This document shows, one piece after another, positions 29,920 through 43,953 of a stretch of 64,000 nucleotides of DNA. The notes below the pieces were generated by a model. That model saw only the letters and a program-made list of their open reading frames with translations, had not been told where the DNA came from and ran no database searches. Source of the DNA: Hormiphora californensis. Its lineage: Eukaryota > Animalia > Ctenophora. Every line of letters begins with the position of its first letter. The first letter of the stretch is position 1. Location: contig CM035358.1 of assembly GCA_020137815.1 (NCBI GenBank), positions 7,378,001 to 7,442,000 of the forward strand, read 5' to 3'. The position numbers and the translations under genes are program-made.

Positions 29920-32900
29920 GAGATAGGAAGCTTCCCAACAATATCTATCACAGTATAACTCCACAAAAATCTCACAGCAATAATCTAGATGGACCAATGA
30001 AATGGCTAACTACCGTTTGACAGTTTGTTCTAAAAACAGTTAACTTCACCGTCACGGTTGGTAACGAAGTTACATAGGGCATTGCGATAGTAAGGCACGT
30101 TTTAGCGTGCCCGCAATGTAGGGGGAACTGCGTTACCAACCGTCACGGTGGGGCGGGGAGGGGTAACTTCATTACCAAGGTGGGGCGTAGTACCGATATT
30201 CTAATCAGCAGTATGATAGCCCCAAACGGAACTGACTACAAGATTGGAATGAACCCGCTATTATCAAACGCCCAATATTTCCTGGGATTTTAGGTCATAG
30301 CTGAGTTTGAAAATATCTACTAGATATTATCTAGAGTATGCAGCGATACCATTGTATTGAACACGGTGTTCAACACCGACAATTATATATTGGGATCAAA
30401 AGTCACGGTCTTTCGGGATAATTGAGATCATAATTGCCACCATGATCACGAGGATCCCTTTACTTTGCGCTGATTAATTGTTGTAGGTTGAGCTACTGTT
30501 TATATCCAGTTTGTAAGCTGAGATAGGTGGTAGACATCTACGTACTAGAGTGACCAACTGATGCAGTATGTCAGTTGGCAGAAACTGTTTAGTTTACGAT
30601 TGCCACGGTTACCATGGTTACCGGTAAGGTTACCTAAGGTTACCAGGGTTACCCCATGCACTGTACAGTCGGACCCCGATTTAGGGACACCCTCGGGGGA
30701 AAGGGTCTTGTCCACTAAATCGGGGTGTCCACTAAATCGGGGTGAGCCATATTTGGCCCATAAAAACATATTTTATTGCCCAAAATGCTATATTATTAAG
30801 ACTAAAGACACCTCTAACTGTTATATGCAATATTCATGTATTGATGACATGATCATTTCTGATTAGAAAAAGAAAAATATAAAATAATTCTTTTTCAAAA
30901 AAATGTGGAAAATTTTCCAAGTTATACCAGCCCGTCCGGTTTGTATTTCGAATCGGTGCAACTTACTGGATATCCTGTCTAATTAGCGGGTTCAAAACGA
31001 ACCGATACGTGATACCATACCGAATCGGGGCACCCTAAGCGGGTGAGGAAGTATAAAAATTTCAAAATAACTTTTTCTCTCAAAATTTATGGGGAGCACC
31101 GATCAAAGCATTGACAATCGTACCTGTAAAATTTTGCAAAAAAGTTATAAAAAAAAGGTATATCAGCCACGTCCGAATCGTGTTTCGAATCGGTGCATCT
31201 TATCACATGTCCTGCTGCTAATTAGACGGAACGAATCGAAACGTGATCCCCATCGAATCGAAATTTTGACGCTTGGACCTTGGTGAACTTGTGATTCAAT
31301 GGGCACCATGGGGATCACGTATCGGTTCGTTCCGAACCGTCTAATTAGCAGAAGGACATGCGATAAGATGCACCGATTCGAAACACGATTCGGACATGGC
31401 TGGAATCTTTTTGAAAAATTTCACAAAAAATTTCCCAAAAAAATTCAAAAATTTTTGGGGGAAAAAAATCCTGTCCCTAAATCGGGGTGTCCCTAAATCG
31501 GGGGTCCCTAAATCGGGGTCCGACTGTATTACTTACTGAGATAGGTTTCCACCCTCCCCATCCTTCTAAGTATCCACATTGGTAACCAGCCCCCCCAGTT
31601 ACCATCAATGGTTACCATGGTTACCCTATGCACTGTATAACTTACTGAGATAGGTTTCCACCCTCCCCATCCTTCTAAGTATCCACATTGGTTACCAGCC
31701 ACCCCCCCAGTTACCATCAATGGTTACCATGGTTACCACGGTTACTTACTGAGATAGATTTCCACCCTCCCCATCCTTCTTGGTGTCCACATTGGTAACT
31801 CCGAACAGTGTTGCTATAAAGACCACCAACACGGCAGCTGCAGTTACAACAAATGAAAGGTAGAATCCTCCCTCCTAGAGAGAGAGAGTTGAGTGAGTAA
31901 TTCCTTACTCAACGAAAAGAGAGAGAGGGGATATATTAGAGGTTTCCGTTTATTGCCTCTCTTCAATTCTATTGTATTACCATCCTGCATAAAACTTGAA
32001 CGATTTGTTTTGAAGCGACGAATTATCATAGTATTAGACACAGTACGTGGTGTGTCGCGGTGTCGAAATGTCTTTTTGTTGTTGTAAGTTAAGCCACGAA
32101 ATTTTATGAGGCGAGCGGTTGATTCTAACTAAAATTCCTCCTCGCAGAATTCCTATACTTCTTTTAGTTCCAAGTGCACGATTTAAATTCCCATCGGCAG
32201 AATTAATCTATATTTCATTCAACTGCACGATTTAAATTCCTTTTGTAGAGTTCCATCATAGTTCGTTCAACATAGTTATAAAGTTGCACCGAGATTTAAA
32301 TTCCCTTTTGGGGCGCTATTAACTACGCTACAGGAAGACAACTTGGCAAGATATTGGAGATCCAAGAGATTCTCAACTATATAGTTGATCAGTGATCGTG
32401 GAACCATGCACAACCACTTGCCACATTACTCAGAATTACTCTCTGCTGGGTTCCTTGGAATGTGACGTTAATGGTTATCTAATTTAATGTGTTCTAGAAC
32501 CACCAACGAATTCTTCCATTTCATGGTCCCTAGTTAACTAACTATCTGTCTAGCAGCGCCAACGAATTCTTCCAATTCGTGGTCCCTAGTTAACTATCTG
32601 TCTGGCAGCGCCAACTCGATCTGCAGAGTGGAGCGCCGCCAGACAGCTAACTATAATATAGCAGCGCTCGCAAGCACTCTGTATAATTACCACGTAGAAG
32701 ACGCTGCCTAGGAAGGGTGACACGGCCACTGCGAGGTTTAATGAGGTCTCGATAATGGCGGTGGTGAGAGCCAGGTTCTCAGGATACATCTTGGCAGTCA
32801 TGGCGAAGGCAATAACGTCAATTATACCTCCATTCGCTCCCTGTAGAGAGGATTAGTAAAGATGGGGAATTAGAACGAGGAGTAAGAAAGAGTAAATAAA

Positions 32901-33321
32901 TAGTAGAAAAGGGGAAACAAAGAGGAATCATAATCACAAATAAGTAAATTTTCTCATCTTTATCAAAATTAGGTTTTAAACTGACAAGTAATATATCCCA
33001 GTAAAATAATTTTACGTCACATTATTATTAATTATCGAGCGAAGGGCACCCTTTTTGACAGGCCCATAACCCTACGAATCAAATTATGCAAATATTTCTG
33101 AATATTTCTAAAATGATAAAAGTCAAGTACATACCTACCTGTATAGTAAATTATGTACCACATTTTTAGAACTATGTCAAATATAAACCTACCTGTAGTA
33201 AATTACCACATTATGTCAAGTACCTGACAGAGTCGGAGAATGATGAGGAGGACTATAAAGAGGGTGTTTGATTTGACTAGCTCCAAAAAGGAACACAAAA
33301 ACGTCACAATCACCAGCAATC
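20123..33321 (-). CDS. MFS transporter, SLC18B1/VMAT-like (5' exons not found; last exon tentative)
   Basis: In-phase exons 33321-33224, 32840-32691, 31874-31750, 28599-28500, 28298-28113, 26836-26732, 26525-26426: LRLCQGANGG, IIETSLNLAVAVSPFLGSVFY, PILAPYV, APFLGHAMDRF, LFLGPAPF, FPLGGCIGSAMSG. Candidate final exon 20211-20123 fits phase and is hydrophobic. Confidence 0.8.
21880..26016 (-). pseudogene. Single-exon LDLa-repeat class A GPCR disrupted by a transposon and a frameshift
   Basis: Signal peptide and LDLa repeats (CNGLSECLTDE, CDGIFDCPDKTDE, CDGHSDCENALDE), then 7TM ending ILPLNSCLNPVFH. Insertion at 23192-25202; frameshift near 22710 (VTRA / QCGRPF). Confidence 0.85.
23192..25202. 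mobile_element. 2.0-kb non-autonomous DNA transposon with ~600-bp TIRs and 4-bp TSD (possibly Sola-like)
   Basis: AATA-CTGCCGTTTTAGAGTAGAACGGCGTAAGTCC...GGACTTACGCCGTTCTACACTAAAACGGCAG-AATA. Superfamily guessed from TSD length only. Confidence 0.85.
26806..27987. repeat. 37-bp minisatellite, about 32 copies, made of an MFS exon start plus splice acceptor
   Basis: Unit acaatgaggagttgaactttagatgggacaatctgaa; directly adjacent copies with no unique spacers. Confidence 0.95.
29154..29428. repeat. ~55-bp tandem repeat, about 5 copies
   Basis: ttgttcaatagtcgaacaagacaaggttcgttcctagattgatatattattgat. Confidence 0.9.
30666..31526. mobile_element. Long (861-bp) member of the CAGTCGGACCCCG MITE family
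   Basis: Same TIRs and TA TSD as 1634-1793 and 4939-5023; internal inverted repeats ~31160-31410. Confidence 0.85.
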
Positions 33322-34354
33322 CTGAGTGAGAAAATCATATTTGGAATCGGGAAAATGTTTATCATCTCCTAAACTGCCACGTTTTTAGTTTTTTGGCAAA
33401 TCCCGACTTCCATTCAAGACATTCCCCTTTCAACCCCGCCCATCACCCCACCCGGCCACCCACCACCCACCCACCACCCCGCGCATCACCCCGCCCACCA
33501 CCCACCACCCCGCCCACCACCCCACCCACCACCCCGCCCACCGCCCCAGCCACATCCCCACCCACCACCACCCCACCACCCCGCCCATCACCCACCACCC
33601 CGCCCATCACCCCACCCACCACCCTATTTAGGTGCCGGCAAGCACCTCCGACCCGAAGAAAACAGCAAAAAACGAAAAAAAGAAAAAGAATTTTTTGCCC
33701 CTGCACAAAAACCCAAAAATGCCGGCCCTATTAAGAACAAAGAAAAGTCTTTTTTTGGGGGGGGGGGGGGCAAAAAACATGTCAACGATTGTGGCCACAC
33801 CGTTTGAGATATCGACTTGAAATTTTGTAGGCATGTTCTTGTAGTATTCCTTTGTGTCATGACGTTGGCGGATTTTTGAATTTTTAATTAATTAATTAAT
33901 TATAGATAATTAAAAATGGTGCAGGGGAAGTGGGAATAGTCAAAATTAATTAATTAGTTAGTTAGAGCCGTGCAAAAAATGGAATTTGGTGCAGGGGCAG
34001 GCAATGTGCAAGGGCAAATGGTTCAGGGGCTGCCCTTGCACCAAAATTGCGATCGAACTGTGTCCACACCGTTTAATATTTTGACACGAAACTTTCTATG
34101 CATGTTCTAGTAGCATAACTACGAGTACTAGAAGAGCCGTATGATTAATATATCAATTAGGTAATTAATTATAGGCAAATTAATTAAAATTTGTGCAATT
34201 TTCCCCTGAACATTTTCCCCTGCACCATTTTGTTTGCCCCTGTACATTTTTTGCAACTTTGATATTCAAACTGTGGCCACACCGTTTGAAATTTCGAAAT
34301 GAAACTTTGCATGTATGTTCTAGTAGTATAACTACGAGTCATAACGGAGCCGGA

Positions 34355-34620
34355 TTTTTTCCCACCCAGATGCCTTTTGCAAAAAGGCATAGGGGTTTAG
34401 AATTCGACAATTTTACATGACATACTAGTGAAGTGTCACGCTTTTCATGTAACGTAACCTCCTGAGTTGCTGTTGGCAACTATCCAGTGCGGAATGCTGT
34501 CACTTACTGACTGAACACAACAGGAAGTTTGCGCGCATGTGCGCGGCGCCTTTATGTTGCACTTGCAATTACAATTGTTCATAGATTTGTCATCGCGCCC
34601 TACGTCATTGTGCAATGAAC
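34355..34620 (+). mobile_element. Partial HINE-like copy
   Basis: tttttccc...atgccttttgcaaaaaggcataggggtttagaa matches the 5' end of the 51.8-52.7 kb copies; 3' limit uncertain. Confidence 0.5.
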
Positions 34621-35739
34621 ATTGTTCTGCATTTGTGATCGGAACTGCGACTTATTATTACATACTAGGATATCACATAGCTCAGGCAACCCATCAGCTA
34701 TACCGGCTCACGTATCAGTGCCCAATTAGAAGCAGGTGTGGCAACTGGCACATGCCAGATCACATGGTTGGCGGGGAAATCAGGCGGTATGGCATTATAC
34801 CGCAATTATTCTTGTTGATTTTCTAATTAATTAATTAATTATAATCAATTAAAACTTTTGCCCCTGCACCAATTTGCCCCTGCACAGTTTTGGCAAATTT
34901 GATATTCAAACTTTGAGCCTTTGTGAAAGTAATGAAAATTATTTATTTCAGGTTATGATGAACAATAAGCTATAAAAACGCCCCTTTTTGTTACACAAGC
35001 CTGTGCTTGGTATCGAAGACACCTCACACTCTGTCGCCGGGCGACCTTCGCGTGCACACGCTGGCAAGGGGTAACTTCGTAACCAAAGCCTGTGCATTGT
35101 GCATAATGAAATGGATAAATTTTCATCCAGTTGCTGGCGATAGAACTCGATAGAGTTCGATTGATTTACCATGACAACGGAGTTGGTTACCATACTAACC
35201 AGAGAATTCGTTGTAAAATAGTCCTTTCTTGCTATAAACTCGGCCTTTAGATAGAAAATTGATTTTATTCTACTCGCACTAATGCAAGGGCATTTCACAG
35301 TTTGGTGCCGTTATTTTTGTCTCTATTTTTAATAGGATTTTGGGATTAGACTGAAAGTATGGGATCATTTGAGAAGTAGTGAAGATTTGAAACATGTTAG
35401 CAACTTGCCGGTTCGACAAACTAAACCCATATGATTCCAACTTCGGGTCGGACGAGGGGAAGCTTGCCTTTTGCGAACATTATAACTAAACATGTACAAA
35501 TCTTTTACCTGTTGATAGAAGTAGCATTCCCTTTGAACTGTATCTGTCCAGTAGTTTCCCAGCGATGGGGCAAATGATGATGTAGCAGAGTGGTACCGCC
35601 GCCAGAATGAATCCTATTATAGGGGGGGGGGGGTGCAGTCACATATTGAAAACAAAAAGGGGCCTTGACACCACGAAATTGCAGTGTATTCATTAATTTC
35701 AAACTTTTCAACACTACTTTAAACAAATTAATTTGAGTG

Positions 35740-36699
35740 ATGGGAACGAACGACAACGAGGGCGATAACCCTACGAATGAACGATTGATAAAATCAGTGA
35801 ATGACTATGTTTCGGAGATCATGAGATTGGAATACGCGGGAACCTCGGAAGAGATGAATGTTGAACCTCAGCTGGTAACAGATAGCTACAACTTTTTCAA
35901 ACATTTTCCTGAGTCAAAACTGACCCCTGATAGTGCTGGTACAGTTTATAAAGATATAAACACCTATTTTAGACATTCTCTCAAGAACTTATCTAAAGAG
36001 GAAATAATTGACGCCACATGTAAAACGTTTTTGTCCAGTGTAAAACTTCTCAAATGTGCAATGCACAGCCTTGATGAGATTGTTAGTACGAGGAAACTCG
36101 AGGAGGAGTTACGAAAGTGCAAGGAAGAACTTGACCGCCACCGTGTCAATGTGATTGAGCTACAACAAACCGTTATTAACGCCCAAAAGGAGCAACTGAG
36201 TTCCGTAAAAACTTCAGTGCAGAAGGTGAAAGCCTACTCTACTGTACTGGCTCAAAACTGTGCCGCAGTCTCTCCGGTGGTGAGAAAGTCTTCTCAAGAT
36301 CCTGCTTCCACACCATCGTCCGACAGGGAGAAAAACCTTGTTATTTTCGGTATACCAGAAACAACTGACCGCCTGACTAGGAATAGTGTTGATGGTGTGT
36401 TTGCCGAGTTGAACGAAAAACCAAAAGTTAACTCAATGAAACGTATCGGCGAGAGAAACGAGAAGGGCCCTCGGCCAATTTTGGTTTCTTTTGAAAGGCG
36501 AGCAACACTTTTGGCTCTGCTGAAAAAATCACGACAGCTCAAGAACTCGGAACATTTTTCAGCTGTTTACCTGTCACCTGATTTAACCCCGATTCAAATT
36601 AGAGAGCGAAAAACTCTTATAAACACGATGAAAAAACTCCGCTTAGAAGACCCGAGTGGAAAGTACTATATTAAAAACAATATAATCCAAGTTGGATAA
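35740..36699 (+). CDS. LINE (CR1/L2-type) ORF1-like protein, coiled coil plus RRM-like domain; no ORF2
   Basis: ~320-aa ORF with REKNLVIFGIPE, RIG, PRPILVSF, VYLSPDLTP..IRER. Confidence 0.75.
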   Translation: MGTNDNEGDNPTNERLIKSVNDYVSEIMRLEYAGTSEEMNVEPQLVTDSYNFFKHFPESKLTPDSAGTVYKDINTYFRHSLKNLSKEEIIDATCKTFLSSVKLLKCAMHSLDEIVSTRKLEEELRKCKEELDRHRVNVIELQQTVINAQKEQLSSVKTSVQKVKAYSTVLAQNCAAVSPVVRKSSQDPASTPSSDREKNLVIFGIPETTDRLTRNSVDGVFAELNEKPKVNSMKRIGERNEKGPRPILVSFERRATLLALLKKSRQLKNSEHFSAVYLSPDLTPIQIRERKTLINTMKKLRLEDPSGKYYIKNNIIQVG

Positions 36700-39600
36700 T
36701 ATTTTTCTTATACACTGTTACTCTAGTTTAGTAAGCCCGCTTTAGGTAACTGCTGAAGCCTGTTGGCCTTTCAGCCTAAAAGCATACATATAATTTTATA
36801 TGTATGTAAGTGTAAGAGCGGGTAGGGTCGTATATATTTTTAATCTATATTGACTCTGTTATAAATGTTGTAATTGATATTGATATTGATAATTATGCAG
36901 TGTTAATCGGAATTGAGTGTTACAGTTATAAATTTTACAAGGCATGCGATGATGATGATGAATTGGGGGGGGGGATGAATTGCTTTTTCTTTGAAACAAG
37001 GCCAAAGTGCAGTGCAAACAGCTGCAATAATGGCGTACAAAGGTACAATCCACAGATGCTGCTAACAGCATTGAGCTATTCCAAGAATTACATTACGTAG
37101 ATTCAAATCAGATATTATAGCACCTTTGATTTTGAGTTGAGTTATGGATTTCTTTTGTATTTTTATAAGCCCCGCTTAGAGAGAGAGCTGTTAAGAATTT
37201 AATTGCTCTAATCACTGATATATTCGCCAATTCCCAATATTGGAACGTAAAGTATGTGACATTTTGTGGTTTCTTATCTTCAAATGCCCAGGTTATCGAT
37301 GAATTGGGTGACGGGGAAGTTGGCTTCTGAGAAACATATTTTTTGTCACCAATCATTGATCAAGAGACTGTCGAGGATAATGTGTCGAAATGATACACAG
37401 TTCTCGAGCTCGGGGGTCGCGGAAAATTTCACGGGGTGGGGTGACAGAACTGATTTTAAAATCAGCTTTTCGGGATTTATGCCACAATTATGCACTATTA
37501 ATTTCTATAAATTTAAATAGTTATCAACCGATCAGTCTACCAAAATTCGTCGTACGAGGTTTTGTAAAATGTACCCTTTTTTGTCGTACGAGGTTTTGTA
37601 AAATGTACCCTTTTTTGGTAAATTGATTCGTGTTAATAACTAACCGGTAAATGTTGGCGAGATGCCCCTGTCCAAGTCATAGACGGGTAGAAATGCCCCG
37701 GGAAGTGAGTAGAGGGCGTAGGATACAAACAGCGATAGGTTGATGAGAACAAACGTTACTTTTCTGAAGGAGTAGAGAGGAATGTTAGATGCCTTTATGA
37801 AGGAGTAAGTAATTCTTGAGGCCTAGTTTCTGTCATTATACAGTTTAAATTTACAAAATGATCTGTGAAGTGGAAAGATACAGTGATCCCAATCTGTCAT
37901 TATCAATATATCTGAAGTAGGCCGCACTTCACTCTATATATCTAATATCTCGCTCTATATCTTAACGAGTATGCGACATGATAGAGTTCGGTAGTATGTA
38001 TATTGAAGTGCCACCGACACTTTATTGCTTTCTTTACAGAGAGTCTGCTTCCATCATATCACATGATGATATGATGGGAGCAGAAGTGGGACTCTCATCA
38101 CATGATGATGAAACTACGTAAATGAGGGGGACGTATCGCGACGAGGGAGGGGGATGAGGGATGTCTGCGTATCGCGACGAGGGAGGGGGGTGGTGTCTCC
38201 GATCGTATCAGAGAGTTGAGAGAGGGGATGCTTAGTATCGATTTATCGATTTATCTTCGCTGAGTGACAGCTATTTTATTAAGCTATAGACATTAAATTA
38301 TCTTGAAGTTGACTGTTATCTCAACAAACCTTAACGGCTTCTCTATCAGTTAATATCTATCAGTTAATAGGCTTCACGCTGACGTTTACTCTTGCACTTC
38401 GCTCTCAGAAGAGCAATGCGATTGGTGAGGTATCTCTCAGAAAGATCTTAATTCTTATCTCCCTATATTACTCTGTTGAGCGCTCCATACTAAACAACAT
38501 ATGCTGCAGTATAATGTACGCCTTTAAAACTGTCAACTGTCGTCTGGCAAGCTGCTAGTTATACTAATTTTAGTGTCTTGAATCTAAACTAAGCAGAATC
38601 ATCTAAATTATCTAAACTATATTGATCGTTGTTATCTCCCCTGAACATGTCTCACAACTACTCCTTGAACATGTCTTTATATGTCACTATTACTTTTGTA
38701 CTGGGTGAATTATCTAAAATATCCTAACTAATTAAACTATCCCCTGAACTTACTTCTGGGTGCTCGTAGGGTTACTGTTAATCTCTAGCCACGCCATATT
38801 GAACGAGATATGCTTGGGAGGGGGATGGGGTTAGAGATATGCAGTAGCTTGGGGGGGGGGGGGATTGGGTTATAGGCTCTTGTTTTGCTTGTTAGGTTAT
38901 GTTGTAATGAATTATTATCTCGGCAGGAGATCAGACTGTTACAACATTATATACTGTGTTGAGAGGTCGAGCGAGAACCTATATTTGTATATTTTGTAAG
39001 AGCTAGCGAGGTGCTTTGTAGTTTGACTCAAGGACCATCAGTGACTACAGTAAATAAAAAACATCTTAAATCAAGCGACGGATCTAGTTGTACATAATAT
39101 AACTATCTGAGCAAGAAGTTATTTGGTTTCAATATGCTGAGGCCTAACTCAGGCCTCCTGAGTCTCTGCAGGCAAGCTTTTACCGCTTCAACTCAGGATC
39201 TGTGCAAGTAGTAGGTAAGTAGTCAAACCACAATTTAACATTTTTCAATTCTCAGACGAATAGTTATACGATTGAAACAGCATTCCAAGCAATCCTTTCC
39301 AAGCCACAGCAGTATAGTAGCAGTCTGCAAACTCACGTGCTACAACTCCATGCCGAGAGTCGGCGGCAAATACGTTATTTCTATTGTTTATTTAGCAGTT
39401 ACATTCGCACTAAGAGCTGCACTAAGAGGCATATATGAGGAGTGGTTGCCTACAGTAAATGCACATACGGAGAAACTGCATATATGAAATAGATGTGAGA
39501 AAAGAGAGAAATGTGAGAATGAAGCTAGAGAAGATCTTGTTCCTATAGAAAAAAACAAAGGGGATATAGTCTTGGGAGACTTGATTTGTTGCATAAAGAC

Positions 39601-40453
39601 TAAAATATCTAAAGCAAACAGCGTGATTTGCCATCATCTCAAATCATGTTCCTTCATGGTTACATGAACAATCAACAAAGGAATTCAGTCGGAATTCAGT
39701 TTCAAAATGCAAGAAGAGGATGGCATCACCAAGAATAAACACGGAATCTGATCTGACACCGAGACGCGTGTTATCCATTCATAACGGAAAAAAGTGATAT
39801 CTCTCGTCCATATTCCATGCGATAGCAACTGATCGACTGCACATAAACTGATTAGAACCATGGGGATGAAATTACTATAACTCAACAAGAGAACCAACAA
39901 GATCATTTGTCCACTGAAATTAATATACATGAACAATGAACATTCCAACAGAAATTAGCGTCCATGAAACCCACAAAAATACAACACTTATTATTTAGCC
40001 CTGCACGATTTTGATTTGCTCAGTTCAAGCTGACTGAGCTTTGCAGGGAGCCGATTTACAGACTCACTCCCAGAGGACTGTATGCCATATGCAGATGGTA
40101 CGAGAACGAACTAGAGTAGTGGCTGCAAATGAGAATGATAAAACGTCTGGTCCCGGCGGAAAGTCTGAACGAAAGAGAAGCTGCTAATTACAACATGGTC
40201 CCCAATTTCGAGATTATATGTGTTATATATGGGAAGCTCCTGCTGACCTGCTGATAACGCATATCATACAATCTAGGGTTCTGAACCACCGAATAATATG
40301 TGCCAAATTTTAACATTTAATTTTATCATATACCACCGAAGTGTTTCTTTTAAGGCGCACGAATGATACGATAAAGCAGCTGTACGCGAGAATAAATAAC
40401 TGTTAGGTTGGACTTCCGGACAACTGATTTTGTTATCAATAAGATGAGGGGAT

Positions 40454-40528
<75 letters not shown>

Positions 40529-41999
40529 ACAGTAAGAGGACCTTAGCTCATCCGAGCTAGGTGGCACACTGGATTTTCTCCAAACCAATTTTATACACAC
40601 CGTGGATTTGATTCAATTTGAACCGAACCCTCTCAATGAAATGCAACCTGAGACCATGTGCAATGAATATTGAGTGCACTCCTGAATTCGGATTCCGATA
40701 AAATGGAAATTAATTTTTGTGAACCCTCACGTAATTCTCAAAGACCAATTGTAAACCACACAATTATAGGCCATAGGTCCTGGATACAGATATTATGGGT
40801 TTATGAAACATGGAATCTGGATCCCGTATATGTCCAGGATCGGATACCAAACTACCAAGATGGAATCAATAGCTTGTTTAGTCCTGAATGTCCTTATGGA
40901 TGCGTTTTATTAGCGAATTGGGGTGCACATTGGATATAGTGAAATAGAGATGGCTTTTATTTGAACATTTCGTGATCTCAGCTCAGATCAATTCTTCTCT
41001 AGAATATTCATTTGATTCAGATCACTAAACAAATTGAAGTCTTCTAGAGAAGGATTGAATAGTATTGTGATTCTTGGCACTGAGCTGAGCACTAGCTACC
41101 GCGACCCGTGAGAACCAGACGACTCAAAAGTATTTTAACTCGAGTAAAGGGGTTACTTTGTGCGTGCTCCCCTCCCCATACGTTCTAGTGAGTTGAATAG
41201 TCGAGATCGTGGAATGCTCACTCACCCGCCAAGCATGTGGTTAAATCTTGTCTGGTTTGTCAAGACTCAGTACTCACGAATATACTGCAGCTCTTAAAAT
41301 ATGCATTTGACCCCATTCCCACTCTGTGACTGCTACCTCAGGAATGCAGCAGCTCGGCGGGTGAGTCTTGGTTACCATAGCAACTGGTGGTTGTTTCTGA
41401 TGCTGATGGTGACTCCTTCTTGATCACAGCAGAGAGTTAAATGGTTAACTAGCCGCGGTGGTTGCTCAGCGGTGGATCTGCCGCGGAGAGATCACGCTTA
41501 TAATACTTTATAAAGCTTTCGTAATATCTGCTTATGTTTTCACTTCTGTTATCTGCAGCTGCGTTTTAAATATTTGCGTCTGCGTTTACTTTGTTTGCTA
41601 TATCGCTTATACATATTATAAATCGTGATATATGGTTTACGAAGACCATTCATGTCTTATACGCAGTGCTTCTAAATAGCATTGAGGCATGTGAACAGGA
41701 GGCCGGTAAGATACCATTCCCTGTAAACGTTGTTGAGGTACTCAAAAAATGTAATCGGGGTATTAGAGCACACTGCAGTAGTTTGTAGTTTGGTTACGAT
41801 CAAGTCATCCATTTATGAGCAAGGAAGACTCCCATGATGACGCTGCAGGCCACCAACTCATTTCCCGAGTTCCCCCCACAGTTCCATGCCTTCACTTGAT
41901 ATACTATCGCCCCCTGTCATTTCTCTCCCCCATTTTGACAGTAGTACTGATGAAGAAGAAGCGAGATGAGGTCGTGACGTCACACTTCACTACTTTTTA

Positions 42000-42082
42000 T
42001 CTACAACTTCCTCTCTCTGATCTACAACTTCCTCTCTCTGATCTACAACTCGCTCTCTCTGATCTACAAATCGCTCTCTCTG
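42000..42082. repeat. 21-bp tandem repeat, about 4 copies
   Basis: tctacaacttcctctctctga units. Confidence 0.8.
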
Positions 42083-42768
42083 AAACTCCCGCGTAGCTCT
42101 GATATACCACTAGCTCACTCCGTAGTCCGTCTTGGGGCATGTCGTAATTCAGGTTGAGAGTCTTAATTAAAATTTGAACCAGGTTATGACTAGAAAAGTA
42201 TTTTTTCTGATAGTTCAAGGTGGGTCTTTAGCTGTCCTGTAGGTGGGTCTTTAGCTGTCCTGTGTAGGTCCCTTCCTATTATTATAATCGCTTCTTCTAT
42301 TCCTTCCTTCCTTCCAATAATTTGGAATTGGACCTTGTGGACACAATGGGACCTCGTGGACGTTTTGTCAGCTGCGACCACCACGAAGTTCTCCTTTATA
42401 AAAAGAAATTGCGTGAAGACATTTTCACTTTGAAATAACTTAGTCTATACTGCCATGTGATAGAACCCTTTCTTTTTCGTAAGTTGTTGAATTTCGTGTT
42501 GGAATGGAAGCTACAACTCCTTTTTTTTCCGGCAGAACACTATACCCTTGATTCTGTTCTAGGAGCAAGCAATTGTTTTGGGATTTTGTGTCTTGAAAGG
42601 ATAATGTGTAATTGTCTTGACTGATGAACTCTACCTTATCTAACTTTCTCTCCGCCTCCCTCCCCCTCTCTCACCCTCTCTCTCTCTCTATCTTTCTCCC
42701 TATCTCTTATATCTTTCTCCCCCTCTCTCACCCTCTCTTATCTGTCTCCCTATCTCTCTATCTCTCTA

Positions 42769-42799
<31 letters not shown>

Positions 42800-42877
42800 T
42801 TCTCTCTCTCTCTATCTCTCTATCTTTTATATATCTCTCTCGAGAGATCTCTCTCTCTCACCCTCTCTATCTCCCTA

Positions 42878-42909
<32 letters not shown>

Positions 42910-43468
42910 CCTTTCTCTCGGTGTTCAATTAACCTGTCAACAATACAATGACATAATACTCCACGAAATGAGCTTCTTCTGAAACCAATTGCTCCCTCCT
43001 CCCCCCTCCCTCGCTCCCTCCTCCCCCTCCCTTGCTCCCTCCTCCCCCTCCCTTGTTCCCTCCTCCCCTCCCTTGCTCCCTCCTCCCCCTCCCTCCTCCC
43101 CTCCCTCCCTCCCTCCCAGCGGCATACATGTGTTGCAACGCAGAGTGGTTATCTTCCGATTATTGAGTGGTTATCACCGGAATGTGTTACTCCTCCTCTG
43201 CCAGGAGGGTGATTATCTGATAATAGTCAATTCAGCCGCGAGAATTCTTGATTTCTTATCTCAGTATATAGACTTGAGCAGAGAGACCTTTAACTAGAAA
43301 CCCGCTATCCCACCATCGGAGCAGCAGCAGCTAGTCAGCAATGAACCTTAGCGTTGCGTTACTTTTCAGATATCCCTCTCTCTATCCCTCTCTACTTCTC
43401 TCTCCATCTCTCCATGCCTCCCTCCCTCTCTCCCTATCTGACTCATTCACTCACTCAGTCTCTCTCTC

Positions 43469-43502
<34 letters not shown>

Positions 43503-43563
43503 GCTCTCTCTTTCTCTCTCTCTCTCTCCCTCCCTCTCTCCCTATCTGACTCATTCACTCACT

Positions 43564-43654
<91 letters not shown>

Positions 43655-43953
43655 TCTCTCAGCCTCTCAGATGGTTAAATGTCTCACCATCAGAATATTT
43701 AACCTATATATAATCTTCAACCTTCAACCACCCGCAGAGCAGTTGCATTCCGAGCCAGAATATTGCCAAGTCCCCACTGCTGCTCAGCTGAACTGCAATG
43801 ATCATTGCAGTTCAAGAACACGAGGAGCAGTCGACTGACGTAGGACTGACGTATGCTAGAGTCTCGAAACTTCGAGTTGCTTTTTTATTGCTGAGTTTTG
43901 ATTCTGTTAGATTATTCATGTTATATACACCCTCCGTTATATACACCCTCCGT

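Noticed and set aside
38937-39104. Possible solo LTR (TGTT start, AATAAA)
   Set aside because: No CA terminus, TSD or second copy.
42934-42980. Possible upstream MFS exon (…YYVIVLLT-G)
   Set aside because: Donor phase fits, but it is too short and not diagnostic enough to support.
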